Counted from the first letter of the whole stretch, positions 1 to 13,169 are shown. The stretch: 56,377 nt of DNA, filler included, from Sphacelaria rigidula (GCA_964200075.2; 6 parts of 6 records of this genome joined end to end with filler, not necessarily neighbours in it), one strand, 5' to 3'. Numbers and translations are program-made. Notes: generated by a model not told the origin, from the sequence alone.

Positions 1-78
1 GTTTAAGAGACAACCAACTAGACTACTGACCAAGTCAGCGCTGACTTTATCAGTAGTCTAGTCGGTTGTCTCTTAGAC
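1..78. repeat. Near-perfect 78-bp palindrome/hairpin at the contig start
   Basis: gtttaagagacaaccaactagactactgaccaagtcagc pairs with gctgactttatcagtagtctagtcggttgtctcttagac, with only a few mismatches and essentially no loop. Confidence 0.9.
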
Positions 79-743
79 CGTCACACGTCCCTTCTCAGGG
101 GGTACTGCACCTAATCTCACGAGACTCGGCTGAAGAACCAGCCTGCAAGAAACGGTGAGATAAGAAATAATGCTCATCATATTCATCGGCTGCCAAAGTA
201 AGGTTTTGAGCCTCGGTCAACATAATTGCTGTTTTTTTATGAGTGGGCAGGCACTGTATGAACTGTTGTTAAATGTCGTCTTTAGTTATTATGCACAACT
301 TATTATTTGCCATTTCTGGGCACTTTCTGTCGCATCTTCATTGCCTCGTATTTCTTAAGAAGCAGCAGCTCATCATTATGCTGCCAACGCTTAACGAGAA
401 GTTTGTTAGTATTGTATGTACCATAAGGTAACGCGGCAACTCCACAGCTGACCAATGCTACGGTAGGGGTGAACGTTTTTCGCGAATTTTTGTCTGGTTC
501 TGGGGTTCCTAACGATTCTAGAAGCACAAGAATATTGGTCAGGGTATCCCCGTTCGCAGATTTATTCGGGATATCTCCAGCACATTGGAATGGTAATCCT
601 GACGTACTCTCGCATATTTTCATAAGTCGTGTTTGGGATGAGGGAAAGGGCTCCTAACAATTCTAACCTCAGAAAATAATTGTGTACCCCTACCGTAGCA
701 TCACTCAGCTTTTTCTGTGAAGAGCATGGGCACAACATCAGAG

Positions 744-1983
744 GAGTCATGCTGAGTTGCCGTACTCATTTGTGTTGGGGGAGGGAGGGTGTTTGATTCC
801 ACGAAAAAAAAGGGCTCATGGGTATGTCAGACGATTTAAGGCTCGCGATGCGCTTGTATTTGGATAATGGAAATTGTGTCAAGCAGTATGTGTGTATTGC
901 CGTCCCATCTGTTCTGGACGCCGGTCTATGCTTTTCGGTATATGTGGGCGCACCAGCCGGGGTCACACAGGAGTTTTTATTTTTTTATTTGTACTTACTA
1001 CCCCACCTTCCTTCTGCGGTGCTTGCCTTTATTTTTTATCGCAAGAGGGGTTAAGCAGTCCCTTTCCCTCGTCGACCGTCAGATCGAATGGTGTGTACCC
1101 ACGACGTAGTCGCTCTCCACTGTTGGGCATGGTGTGAGAAAAAAACCTAGATCGCTCCGAGATTTGAACCCACGACCCAACCGTCGGAAGGTTTCGATGT
1201 CACCAACTGAGCCACCGGGGCGACCGGCCGAATACAGTTTGTAACAACTGCGATCGTTCGAACAACCCTTGCTGCTTTCAACAACGATTTGAACTGGAAT
1301 GTCGTGGAAGAAATGGCCCAAAATACGCCCCCCTCCTATCGCAGCCCCGTCTCGAAAGAAATGCGTGGTCAATGGTCAAACGTCTAGGGCAAGCGACAAA
1401 TGAGTACGCGACCCTTTCCCCATCGTAGCCCCCCCATGTCCCCGATAGGGTTGGTGCTGGTTGGCAACCACGCTGTAAAACACGCCACCACTCACTGCGT
1501 AGGCTAGGCAACCAGGTTATCGAGTACTTTTTTCGCTTGCGTTTTTTTTGGGTAACCATGATAGTTTTCGAGCTAAATCGATTGTACTGTGTGAGGTGGA
1601 GAACTCGAACTCCGCGCAAAGGAGATCATACTTCGTAGTGTTCATATGGTGAGGCACCCATGAGGCAGGGTGTAACTTGTGGCTACCTCAGGAAGTAGTG
1701 AAGATACCAGAAAATGAAGCAACTCATTGGAGGCTGTCCTCCATATATATGCAAGGTAATCAGTACGCTTCGGATCGAAAAGTCGTAGCAGAATGTAGCT
1801 CACCCTTCGTGCGACTCGCCGAACACATCACGGCGCTTCGTGCTTGGTGATTGACTGCCAGCCTGGTCCGGTGAAAAACCGGCGTGCTCTATCCCGGCTT
1901 TGTAGGGATGCGAGGTCAACGGCCATACGACTACGGCATGCAAGATCATGAGTACACCCTCCCCCCCTATCGTAGCGTGACTC
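744..1983. mobile_element. Non-autonomous TIR element (MITE family A), extended copy with a SINE inserted
   Basis: Begins gagtcatgct and ends ccccctatcgtagcgtgactc. Segments 775-890 plus 1240-1345 match the reverse complement of the uninterrupted copy at 34111-34362 and the copy at 52678-53619. Confidence 0.7.
891..1230 (-). mobile_element. tRNA-derived SINE, copy 1
   Basis: Minus-strand head gccccggTGGCTCAGTTGG...GGTTCAAATCtcgg carries Pol III A and B boxes. The ~340-bp body is shared with 39584-39932 and 54827-55200. It is absent from the empty MITE copy at 34111-34362. Possible TSD cagtatg/cagtttg. Confidence 0.85.
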
Positions 1984-4900
1984 GGGAGACAAACTATCGG
2001 AATCGTCAAAAGCGATGTGATAAATGAAATTTGCTAGTAGCCAGCTCGTGCGCTACTACAGCTGTGGTAGTACTGCACTGTAACTGTATGCCGTATCGCC
2101 ATCGCGCATCGTCTGTCTGTCGTTGAATGCTTGTTGTATTCTTTCATAGTCGACAGCCTTGTCAAATAATCGATCCTTAGGCCAACTCTAATGGGACCCG
2201 TTCAAAATTCCTGTTGACGACTGCCTTCTGGGCACTTCTCCGTCGATTTGCACCCGAAAAGAGGCCTAGGCGGATGTTGACGCCTTGGGATGATTTGCTC
2301 TACTCGTTGAGATCATTCCAGGGTAACTTTGCTTTTCCCGCTGACCGCACATTTGTTTTTGGCCAAACTAGGTAAAACCCGGATTTTCAGTAAAAAACCG
2401 TCAGGTGATCAAAATTTTTCTCTGTTGTATTATGTATGAAGGACACCAACCGCAACAGCCACGAAGGAAACAACATAATATTTGACGTATCATTCATGTT
2501 ACGAAACATCCCGAGCGCAATGTTATGCACGCATAAGAATGTTTTCGTGATATTTGAGAGAGTAGAGCGCTGACTGAGAGTGGGTTTGATCATTCGCTTC
2601 AACTTGGCTAATTCCTCATTCTCTGTGTGCTTCTCTGCCTGTAAAACTGGCGTGTGCTCACAGCAACGACCTCAGTGGCAAGCTTCTATAGCAAGCGTAT
2701 CGGGCGTCATGGAGGGGCATTTCGGAACTGAAACTGCTCGTCAGTAATTGACCGCTTTTCACTTTCAATCGTATCCTCTACTTTCCATCCACCAAAACGA
2801 TGTTGCATGTGCCATGTCAAACCACGCTTCGTTTGTTTTATCAGCATACATTTCTTTCTCACAAACTCGCTGACTTCAGCCGCCAAACCAATCCAACCAA
2901 GCCTACCGATCGAACACGTGAAAACAGAGGCTCCGAGCAGAAATCCCACTACAAACATGACGCAGATACCACGGCACGACACGCACACGAACGACAAAAA
3001 TATTTGCCACGTCATGGGGTATCAGACATCACGAGTGAGTAACTGCCGTAACGGAAAAACACGACAGCAGCGGCAACACATACCCGAAGCAACTCCACAT
3101 GTATGTCCCCATTTGTTTTCTGACAGATACGTTACGTGTCACCGCCACGCGGCACCGACAAGAGCCATCAACAACACCACCCATCACCCAAAAAACATAA
3201 TTATACTTGTTTCATTTTCTTTTTTTGCAAGACATTAAAACAGCAACAGCCAGCACCTTGATTACCCGATGAACCACAGCAATAACACTTGGTTATATAT
3301 ACATACAGTACACCAATGCATTCATCATTTTCTTGCGGTACCACTACTACTGAGGATTTACCCTGAACACGCCAATACTATTTCCATACGTGGCCGACAT
3401 CGTCCATCAACTTCATCGAGAAAGGACGATAACATCCCCATGATAAAAACCAAAGCCCCGGAGAGACCGAGAAAAAAGTGATGCAATGCTGTCTTCCTTA
3501 CTTCTTCCATCCAGCGTTTTCACGGGAAAATGTGGCCAATACACTGACCGACTCACTCCGAAGCTGACCAGAGGGCCGACATCAACACCAACAACACTCA
3601 GCCGGACAACCGATTAGACGTGTTGGCTGCATCTTCCCGACAATCCATGAAATGAATGAATATAAAACAAAGACACCACGACTGCCTCCAGAGCTTCCAC
3701 GGCTCACAACGATTATTTTTTCAATGGGCAGTTCGGTTAGCGGCGAAATAGTCCGCAATCCTAAGGTAGATCCTCAAAAATATTGGGCAAACAATTGTCC
3801 CCATCTCAAGTGCTATATACTCAACACTACGATAAGATCTCACTACTGTACTTCCAGCAGCATCGGCAACAACAACGTGCTTTTCCTCGGCGTCACGACG
3901 TACCCCCCACCAGTCGACGGAGTTTTCCGACCCGAAATAAATCGAGAGGAAAAAGAGAGGGAAAAAAAAGGGGCGGGAAACGACAAAGAGCGCGTCTCGT
4001 TATGTTGGTGCTTCAAAACGCATTGGAAGCCCTCTGGACTCCCGCGAAAAAGAGCAGTTTTTGTTTTTGTTTTTTTAAAACTTATCTTTCGACCCGCATG
4101 ATAACAATATACCACTGTACTGTGGCGGTGAGTAGTGGGGCGAGCCGTTCATTACGACAACAAACATAACGGCCCGAAATCATCACAAATGATAATGTTT
4201 CTTCCAGCATGTCATCATGTATGTTTACCCTCACCTGGACACCATCACGGCATCAATCACAGTCCCGCCTGTCTCCTTTCCCCTCATCTCATGAACACCA
4301 CTACTGCTACCTACTATATGATACAGCGACAAGGCTACTGGTCTACACTCCTCGCAGGAGACAACGCGCGTGGACACTGGACGAGCAGTACCTCAAAAGT
4401 ATTATCGCACGCCACATACATCTACGGATTACTCCTTCACCACCTTCCAGGCTTATTCGCAGAGGCGCGGGCAGGCACGTCGACAAACTTACGAAACAAG
4501 CGTGAGTAACCATCAACCCTTATCCACGTCACGTCATAAGATTCATCTTCTTCGTTAGTTAGTTTTTTTTTTCCCCTTGACGGAAGGAGGAAACCCAACC
4601 CAACCCTTACCCCACAAGAGAGTTCGTGTGCCAATTACCCGAAGCCTCGGTCGTTAGCGTCGTTGCAGACCTGCCGACACCCCCGCGTACGGAAGATCGT
4701 GAAAATGTGGATCTTCATGATACGCATGCGATGCGGCACTCACATCCGTCAGACCCACTATTATACCACGTGGATGCTTAGAACAATGCCCCAAAGCGAG
4801 GGATGCTCAACGAAGTCTTTCTCCAAAAATCAGTTCAACCCTCAGACCGCGAGGGTAGTCTTTCTGGATCATGCATAATTTCTTCAAGTAAAATTGATGC

Positions 4901-7900
4901 CGATTCAACAGATGACCTACTCTCGCTGTCCAAGGGTTCAAGTGGTGAATCATTCTCTCATGCCCCCCCCCCCTTCTTCCTCCTTTCCCCAATCCCAGCG
5001 ATCCACTCACATGCCCACATTACACGCGAACATTCAAGAGGCAACAACAACAACAACAACCGTACCAAAATCATCCGGAATGGGACACCTTACCGTCAAG
5101 ATGCTCACGAGGGAATCAGCTAGCTGTATACTCCCATTTGTTTGTTTATTTTTGCTGAGACACATCGCGTATTTCGCATGTCTTGGGGTCAATCCCTCTC
5201 CCCCCCTCGCAATGACTACGACATGCAAGATAATGAGTACCCCCCTACACTCGGAGGAATGCTACATAGGTACCCCGTAAGTGGCATGCACTACCCCCTG
5301 CATGGTGCAGAAAAAAACAAAATATGATCCGTGCATACCCCCCAAGAAGAGTACAAAAAGGAACAAATAATAAGGAGAACTGACCCAGCGGGGGGTGGAT
5401 TCAGATTATGATCCCCCCCCACGGGAAAATATCTGTGTGTCAGAAACGGATATCTCCATACGCTGGAACACTTGCGGGAATATCACGGCACCACGCCAAC
5501 ACTGCTATTCGTACGTGTATACGATAAGGCACAAAACACGTGTCGTTCTTGCATTCTGTTTTTACCTGCCGGTTTATTCTTTTTACAGGAGCGTCGGAGC
5601 TCAGAACGCGCCTTCAGCTGACAAATCATGTTTCCCCTACATGGAACAACGATGAAGACATAACCAGCTAAATGACGGCTAAGCTTCTCGCCCTTGAGCG
5701 AACACACCACAGAAAACAGTGAAAAATAAGCAGGCGTGTTCCATCTTTTGACGGTTGGGAGCGTGCGCTCACTTTTCAGCACGGGATATCTACACCTATC
5801 CCTCTCTCTCTATATATATAGATATAAAGATATAGATATACCTCGAACAGGTAATACGAGAAAAATATATGCCTGCGTTACACATGTAAATATGGAGAAA
5901 AAAATCATACCTCAGTAGAGATGTAAACATATCTTACACACGCAACACATGGACACACAAAATCACGTGTAAAATAAAACCAACACTCACCGCCTGAAAG
6001 TATGATCAATAACCAAAGTATTGCGTATCCACATGCTGCCTCCAGACGCACACACGTATATATATATATATATATCAAATGACCAACACCACCACCACTA
6101 CCATGACCGCCTCCACTTCACATACCCCAAAGACCCTATATTTTTCACGTAGCACATCTCGACGTTTGTCATGAGGACGAGTAAAGGTTGTATCAAAAGC
6201 GGGGGTGTAGAACATGAAAGTCGAGGAGCGCACGCGTAAATACCGGTTCAACAACAAGGGATCCAAGATCCATTTTTTGCACGGGGCATGGACGTAAGAG
6301 GGGGTGGGTGCGGAAGACAGCAATACACGGGCCACGGAAAACAGCACACGGTACACATACCGCACGTCACGTGCATACAATGCCCATTTGTCGTGCAGAC
6401 GGTACGACTGCGACCGAGAACGGAGAGAAAGCAAGAGACAAGATAACGAAATCACACGACGACAACGACCAACGCCCATACTGTACATAACGGTGATGAT
6501 GATGATGATGATGACGCCGCACTTACTGTTGCAAAAACATGAATGAAAACAGAGCAACATGAAATCGCAGTTTTGGGGAAACGGCGATCACGACCACCAA
6601 TTATGGTACCCACTGCACACATTTCCCCTCCCTCCTTTCCTCTCTTCCTTTACCAACCACCACCACCACCACCACCACCACCACCAGATTCTACTCACAA
6701 AATCGACGCAAAACAGCATGCACGATGCAAAAAGCAAGCATCACGCCCCTCCGCTTCTCCCCATGGAGAAGCCTGTGGCAATGACTCTCCAGCACTTCGC
6801 ATCGCCACACACTACAAAAACACATACACACACATCCATGTATTAATTTTGCGCACTTCCCCATTCCCCTGGCCGGTCTACTCGGAAACAGTGGGTGCAC
6901 TGAGAACGCTCAAGCAAGCACGGGGGCGAGAAAATTCCCAAACTCAACTCATCTCGGCATGTGCAATGTAGCTGACGACGAAAGCTTCAGCCTTCGGAAG
7001 AGTATTCTTTGTAGTCGCCAGCGCTGTACATGATTGCCGAGATGAAGTCACCCTGGAAAAAACGTTCCCCCGACAAGTTCTTGAGGCTATTATTCACAGT
7101 ATCTACTGTGTTCTTCCCCACCCGTGATTCTCTTTCTCGAGATCGTGATTCCGATCGCATCAAAGGGTTCAGCTGTGTGACACGCCCAAATCATGTTACC
7201 TTCACAACTCGGCATCCCTGCAAAACTGGGACAACAACAAACGTACGTGCCATGAAAAAAATAAAATAAGACATCATCTGGCCAGCCCCTTGGAATACAA
7301 CAATACTCAATACTGCATTAGAATTAAAAAAATCTAGGCGGGCAAGCGACGACCTCACCCGCCAGTAGCAGACCCACATGCACCCCCATGTGCCTGTTAG
7401 TTCTTGAAATTCTAAGGGTCAACAACAATGGCCATAATGCAAAGCTGTAACATCACCCGCCCTGCCTCGCGCCCCTGAAACTCAGGCGAGTCCTATTTGT
7501 ACATGAGGCATAGCAATACCAGCCGGTGGCTCGAGGATACATCTAATGGGTTACGCACGCTGCGTTCAACCTCTGCGCTATCCCGTCCCGTTCTTCAAAA
7601 CCCACCTTAGGACCAATATTACATACCGAGCTCCGACGCGCAACAAGAATATGTTACCTCTAGCCGAGAGTCCCACTAAGGTACATGCTACTCGTTCAAG
7701 GATGCCCATGAGCTACATGATGTAGGAGTAGCCAATGGTCGGACACAGCACCTGAAAATGCAACGACCAAAAGATGAAAGATATGCGTGTACGCAGGATT
7801 TACCCAAACAGCGATAATATGTCCCGCAGTAAACAGCAACCGTCATCACAACCACCACGACCAGCACCCGATTTCAGCACTCAAAAATACTCTGCGGCGT

Positions 7901-8391
7901 AACTTTTTCCATTTTTTTTTTCCTCGTCCTGTGATTTTTTTCAAGCAGCATTTCGTGGTCTACAGCTACAAAACTCTCGGAAATTTGCGAACAATATCTC
8001 TCTTCAAAACAAACGTGAGCGTCGCCGGCCCGCGTTGCCGTCATGCTCCAGGACAAGATGGACAAAAAAAGAAGATCCCAGGAGCCCGTAACACAAAAGA
8101 AACGAAAGGTACAACGGCAACCACTACAACAACAGAAGCGGCAGCAGCAATGGGCGCAGAGCAACCAACCGTTCACTTACTGTCCCTCCCTTGACAGAAA
8201 CAAAAACAAACCAAAAAACAACGATAGCAAACAAAACAAATAAAGAAATAAGTCGAACGCTCTAAGAAATCCCTCTCGCCGCACGCCCTCCCATTACAGG
8301 GTACAGGTTGAAATAGGTTAACAAGTCCAACTTACCATCGTGGGAAAGAGGGTCGACAATATCAAACGATGGCCTGTGCCTCCTAACCCCC

Positions 8392-8430
<39 letters not shown>

Positions 8431-8544
8431 CTCCAGCACCCCCCGCCGCCCACCGGCCCCACCCCCCCCCNNNNNNNNNNAAAGTACACAAGCCCAACCT
8501 ACCCAAGTGGGAACAGCAGGCGACCACACCAAACCACGGCCCTT

Positions 8545-8579
<35 letters not shown>

Positions 8580-8651
8580 ACACGTTTTCAGAATACAGGT
8601 GTGCCTACCCCCCCTTCTCCATCCCCCCCCCCCCCAACCCAAACTTTGCCT

Positions 8652-9067
8652 TCAAGAGTTTTCTCCCCAGCCGTAAGTACCAGTAGCCCAGTGCATCCCA
8701 CCATTTCCGCTGAACAGCACAACATTGCCGTCGTTTTGAACGACCAACCTGAATGGCCCCTTTGCGCCACTTTCGCCCTCCGAGCTCCATATCTGACCGC
8801 GGGTCGTGTGCTCCACGACTAGGTTGCCCGTGTCGCCCTGTAACACAAACTTGGCGTCGTCGTGTGGGCCTTGGCGTGTCTTCGAGAACGGAAGAATGCC
8901 CCAGATTGCTTCTTCGTCCATGTACAGGAACAGATGGCCCACGGGGGACACTGCGAACTTGAACACGCCGTCGGGTGACTGTAGCTCCTTGAACTCGGCG
9001 TCTTGTCCCGCTGTGGCCGTGATCGAGGAAATCCTGGCTGCCGACGACGTCCCCGTCGTTGTGGCAT
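8652..9067 (-). CDS. Probable terminal exon encoding a bulb-type (B-lectin/GNA-like) domain; upstream exons lie beyond the contig end
   Basis: ELQSPDGVFKFAVSPVGHLFLY...AIW, KFVLQGDTGNLVVE...QIWSS and PFRLVVQNDGNVVLFSG..HWATGT are the three B-lectin subdomains, with a QxDxNxV motif in the third. Acceptor actcag at 9068-9073; TGA at 8652-8654. Confidence 0.8.
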
Positions 9068-9243
9068 CTGAGTGGTTTGTTGTTTTGCGCGCATGTGTTT
9101 CATACGGAGTGATGTTCCTGTAATTATCTCGTTGTGTCACTGACAAAGTAGAGTATGCTACTTGCACAAGGCAGAACAATACTTTCATCCACTAATCCAC
9201 TATAGCTACCACGGCGCAAAAAAACATGTGAAGACACACGGTA

Positions 9244-9255
9244 TATTATTATTAC

Positions 9256-9314
<59 letters not shown>
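9244..9314. repeat. (TAT)n microsatellite at the contig end
   Basis: Direct inspection. Confidence 0.95.
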
Positions 9315-9414
9315 NNNNNNNNNNNNNNNNNNNNNNNNNNNNNNNNNNNNNNNNNNNNTTAATTAATTAANNNNNNNNNNNNNNNNNNNNNNNNNNNNNN
9401 NNNNNNNNNNNNNN
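9315..9414. other. Artificial 100-nt contig spacer
   Basis: N-run, then TTAATTAATTAA (stops in all six frames), then N-run. Confidence 0.97.
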
Positions 9415-12080
9415 GTCCCGGCTTTGTAGGGATGCGAGGTCAATGGCCTTATGACTATGGCATGCATGATCATGAGTACACCGCCTGTTGGTGCTTATGT
9501 TATCCTTCCTACGGTAGCAACCTTCCCGTGCGTGTCGCTCATGGCAACCTAACTCATAATGTTATGATGTCCATTGATCCTCGTGAATTGACTTGGTGAT
9601 CGCTTCGTTTTCTTTTGTGAAAATAACCTAGCTCCTCTTTCCGCGTAGTCTTCCGTTTTACTCTACAGCAGTCTTGAGAGTTGCAAAATTCTGTGGGTTC
9701 ACTTCTCTGCTGATGCACATACTATCTAACAAGGTTGTGTTCTGTAGGGTACGGTTTTCTGTATACCCGGGTATCTTGCCGGGTATTTATCGTACCCGAC
9801 AGTTCCGTGACTTCTGTAAGACTTTCGTACCGGTACCCGACAGTGCTGTGATCTCTGTAAGACCTTCATACCCTTACCCGATAGTTCTGTGAGTTTTGTA
9901 AGCCTCCCGTACCGTTACCGGGGGGCACGGGTACGCTCTTGATGAGATGCCTGATTGCGGGTACGGCTTTCTGTGCGACCTCCATACCCTACCCGTCAGT
10001 TTCTGTGCGTTCTGTAAGCCTCCCATACCCTTACCCGACAGTTATGTGAGTTCTGTACAGAAGGTTTACCCGTACCCCGGGGCGCAGGTATGCCCTTGAA
10101 GGTACACCCGATTGCGGGTACCGTTTCCTGTGAGCCTCCCGTACCATACCCGACAAGTTCTGCAATTTCTGTAAGACGTTTATACCGGTACCCGACAGTT
10201 CTGTGAGCTCTGTAAGCCTCCCATAACCCTACCCGGGGTTGGGGTATACCGTCATAGATATACCCGATTGCAGGTATGATGACAGGTATATACCTTGGGG
10301 AGGTACGGATACAAATTCAATCCAAACACCTCATGACCTGAATATGTACCTCCCATAGATCAACCCACCCAACTCCTTCATTCAAAAGTGCACACCAACA
10401 ACTATTCAATGTTGAAAAGTTATTAAGTTTGGGATCTGACGGGATGCGAGGTACCGCTGAGTGGAAACGCGAAACGTGATCAGCCCTGCAGACTGTCAGG
10501 ATGGATCATCCCCAGCCTCGCGAGTAGTGTCTCGAGCGGTGGCGGTTCATCTGCGCCACCAAAAGATCAAGTAGCAAGACGCACGTCATGGACGTTGATG
10601 GTGGTTGTGTCGTGGTCATCAAACTCCAGGCTGTTATCGATATGTACAGCACAGAGTATCTGAGCTGTCAAAGTCAAGGCCGTCGGCGATTTTGTCACGT
10701 GCCGAAGGGCTTTCAGAGAACGGGCAGCCGTGAATGCTCCTTCATGTACTCTCTGAGAGAGAAAGAGTGTACGTGAAACCGATGGATGTTGACGATCCAT
10801 ATACCACTGCAATTGTTCGTGTGGTCTTTCTCTATCAACCCCGTGGAGGCCGTTCAGAGTTTTCGTGAACTGTCATCTGTATTTTGCCACTGCTGTATTA
10901 TAGTGACGTAGGTCCCACCACAGGGGTGATGATAATACCAAGTTCGTGTTTTGTAGTGTACGGTTTTCTGTATACCTGGGCTATTTTGCCGGGTATTTAC
11001 CGTACCCGACACTTCTGTAAACTCTGTAAGATTTCCATGCCGGTACCCGACAGTTCTGTCATCTCTGTAAGACCTTCATACCCGTACCCGATAGTTCTGT
11101 GAGTTCTGTAAACCTCCCGTACCGTTACCGGGGGGCACGGGTATGCTCTTGATAAGATACCCGGGTGCGGGTGCGGTTTTCTGTGCAACCTCTATACCCT
11201 ACCCGACAGTTCTGTGAGTTCTGTACAAGAGCTTTCCCCTTACCCGAGGAGCGGATATGCTCTGAAAGAGTTATCCGATTGCCGGTACCGGTTTTCTGTA
11301 AGCCTCCCGTATCGTACCCGACAAGCTCTGTAATTTCTGTGAGACGTTCATACCGGTACCTGACAGTTGTGTGATTTATGTAAGACTTTCATACCGGCAC
11401 CCGGCAGTTCTGTAGGTTCTGTAAGGAATCTTATACCCTACAGAACTACCCGTACCTTACAGAACACAACCTTGCTACCTAGCACGTCTTGTTAAGGCCT
11501 TGATATTTCCCTGCACTTACTTCCGTGACTTCTTTCATAGCCCTCAGTATCACTCCTGGTGTACACCAAATAAGAGAGGCGCCAATGCGTTTCCATAATG
11601 TAGGCTGTCTTTGAAATCCCTTGAAGTATTGCGCTACGCCAGAGTATTGTCATGCTCAAGGGAGAAACATGGTGAGGAATTTCGAGCTGTGCGTGTCCAA
11701 GTCACACCTTTGACCCCGGAGCAGTCCCGATTTCAAGACTAAGCCCTTGTTTCTTGGCCGCACCGCATGAAAAATCGACGCACAGGCCACAGCTACCTAA
11801 GTTCAAAGTCGGCATGGTCCGCCGCCAACCCCTGTCTCGCATTATGTCAGTGTCTTTTGCCGTGGGGCGCCGATCGGTGCTAGTATGCGTACGTCCAACA
11901 GTCCTTTCCCGCATCCAGGCGTTGTCACGTTCGAGCCCAACACTCCACGAGCTCATTTCAGTTATTTTGCCCAGTCGAAGTGATCCGGGTATCAGTATTT
12001 ACATTCTCGAGATGGAGAAATGCAGTTACACAAGTTTTCCGTTCGAAGCTCTGTAGCTGTTCGATGCAGGTGGCGACAGT
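9415..12080 (+). repeat. Diverged duplicated segment, copy A, interrupted by a hAT-like element
   Basis: 9415-9720 aligns by eye with 13330-13620, and 11483-12080 with 13625-14290. Examples: gtacaccaaataagagaggcgcc vs gtaccccaaataagggaggcgcc; gagcccaacactccacgagctcatttcagtt vs gagccccacacttcaccagctcatttgagtt. Confidence 0.75.
9730..11474. mobile_element. Non-autonomous hAT-like DNA transposon, composite with a duplicated left end
   Basis: 25-bp TIRs: caaggttgtgttctgtagggtacgg and ccgtaccttacagaacacaaccttg. Degenerate 8-bp TSD ctatctaa/ctacctag. Subterminal acccgacagttctgtga repeats about 41 bp apart. A second left end starts at 10939. Empty site in the paralog near 13605-13635. Confidence 0.8.
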
Positions 12081-13169
12081 GTAGTAGGCACGTTTGCGGC
12101 TGGTTGATGGATCGCGGGTCTGGATGTATGATCCGTAGACACCGTGAAACAATGTTTTCGTGATATTGAGAGTGAAAAATGTACAATTGGTGAATGAATC
12201 GTTTCAGTTCCGACATGCTCAACCACGAGGCCCAAAATTCTTTCTGTAGTAGCTTGCCACTGGGGCCTATGATATGCCTGAGGTAGGATATCGACGTGTA
12301 GCTGTAAGCACACGCAAGTGATGGAGGCAAAGAGAAGCACACACGGAATGCAAACTTGGCTGAGTTGGAGCGAATGATCAAAGCCACCCCCAATCAGCAC
12401 TCTGCTCTCGATCTCACGGAAACGTTGTTTTGAGACTCTCGTCTCGATCGTGTCCAGTTATTTGCTCGCTCCGTGGGAGAAAAGCCGAGGTGCTGCTCTG
12501 CAGTATCATGAACATCTGAAGCTTAGCCTATGAACAACACAAGCTCCTAAAGTCTACATGCCCATGATGGGAGGAGTCCACGTAGCTGTCGGGTTAGAAG
12601 TGCACAACTCTCTAAATCGAACAGCCGCTTGAGATGTCAATTTCACCTTTGAGCCACACGGAGTACAATTGCTGCGGGGTTTCCATGGTGTATATACCAT
12701 ACGAGTGTTTCACGGTATATGCACTGTATAATACGTGTGATTCGCGGTACGGTACGACCTGATACACGTAATATTTGATACTATACGGTTTCGATCGTTA
12801 AGGGGATCCATGATGTCATTTTCCCGCGGTTTTGTACATCGCTGGATTTGTACATTTGTGCATTAACGACGGAATGTTCGAAACATACCGTAATTCAATG
12901 CGGAAACAATTCGCTGCCTGGTTTGTATTCTCTGGCTGAAAGTCCCGGTCCAAGGTTCACCTCACCCGTTGGCCGAATACTCGTGACATATCTGGAGTGC
13001 GTTGTGCCGCTCGTCACGAGCCGTTGATGTTTGCTTGTTTTTATAGCCGTTTTTCAAGGGCTATCTTCAGACATGAATTCGTTTGTCACCGCTCGTGAAA
13101 GCTGTTTCCCTTCTGTGAATGGTGAGACATCCATGACGCAGTGTGAAACCAGTTGCTGTCTTCGAAAGG

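Noticed and set aside
1150-1230. tRNA genes (also near 36085-36150, 39850-39930 and 54830-54905)
   Set aside because: A and B boxes are present but there is no closed cloverleaf. Three are SINE heads and the 36.1-kb one is a decayed remnant.
8262-8822. Poly-Pro/poly-Gly ORFs resembling formin or extensin (also 27963-28190)
   Set aside because: They derive from poly-C homopolymer runs next to Ns, which is low-quality or simple sequence.
9162-9362. Poly-Leu and poly-Ile ORFs (also 38084-38375)
   Set aside because: These are translations of (TAT)n/(TTA)n microsatellites.
9359-9370. TTAATTAATTAA motif recurring every ~9.41 kb (also 18773, 28187, 37600, 47011)
   Set aside because: It is embedded in N-runs and is an artificial six-frame-stop linker, not biological periodicity.
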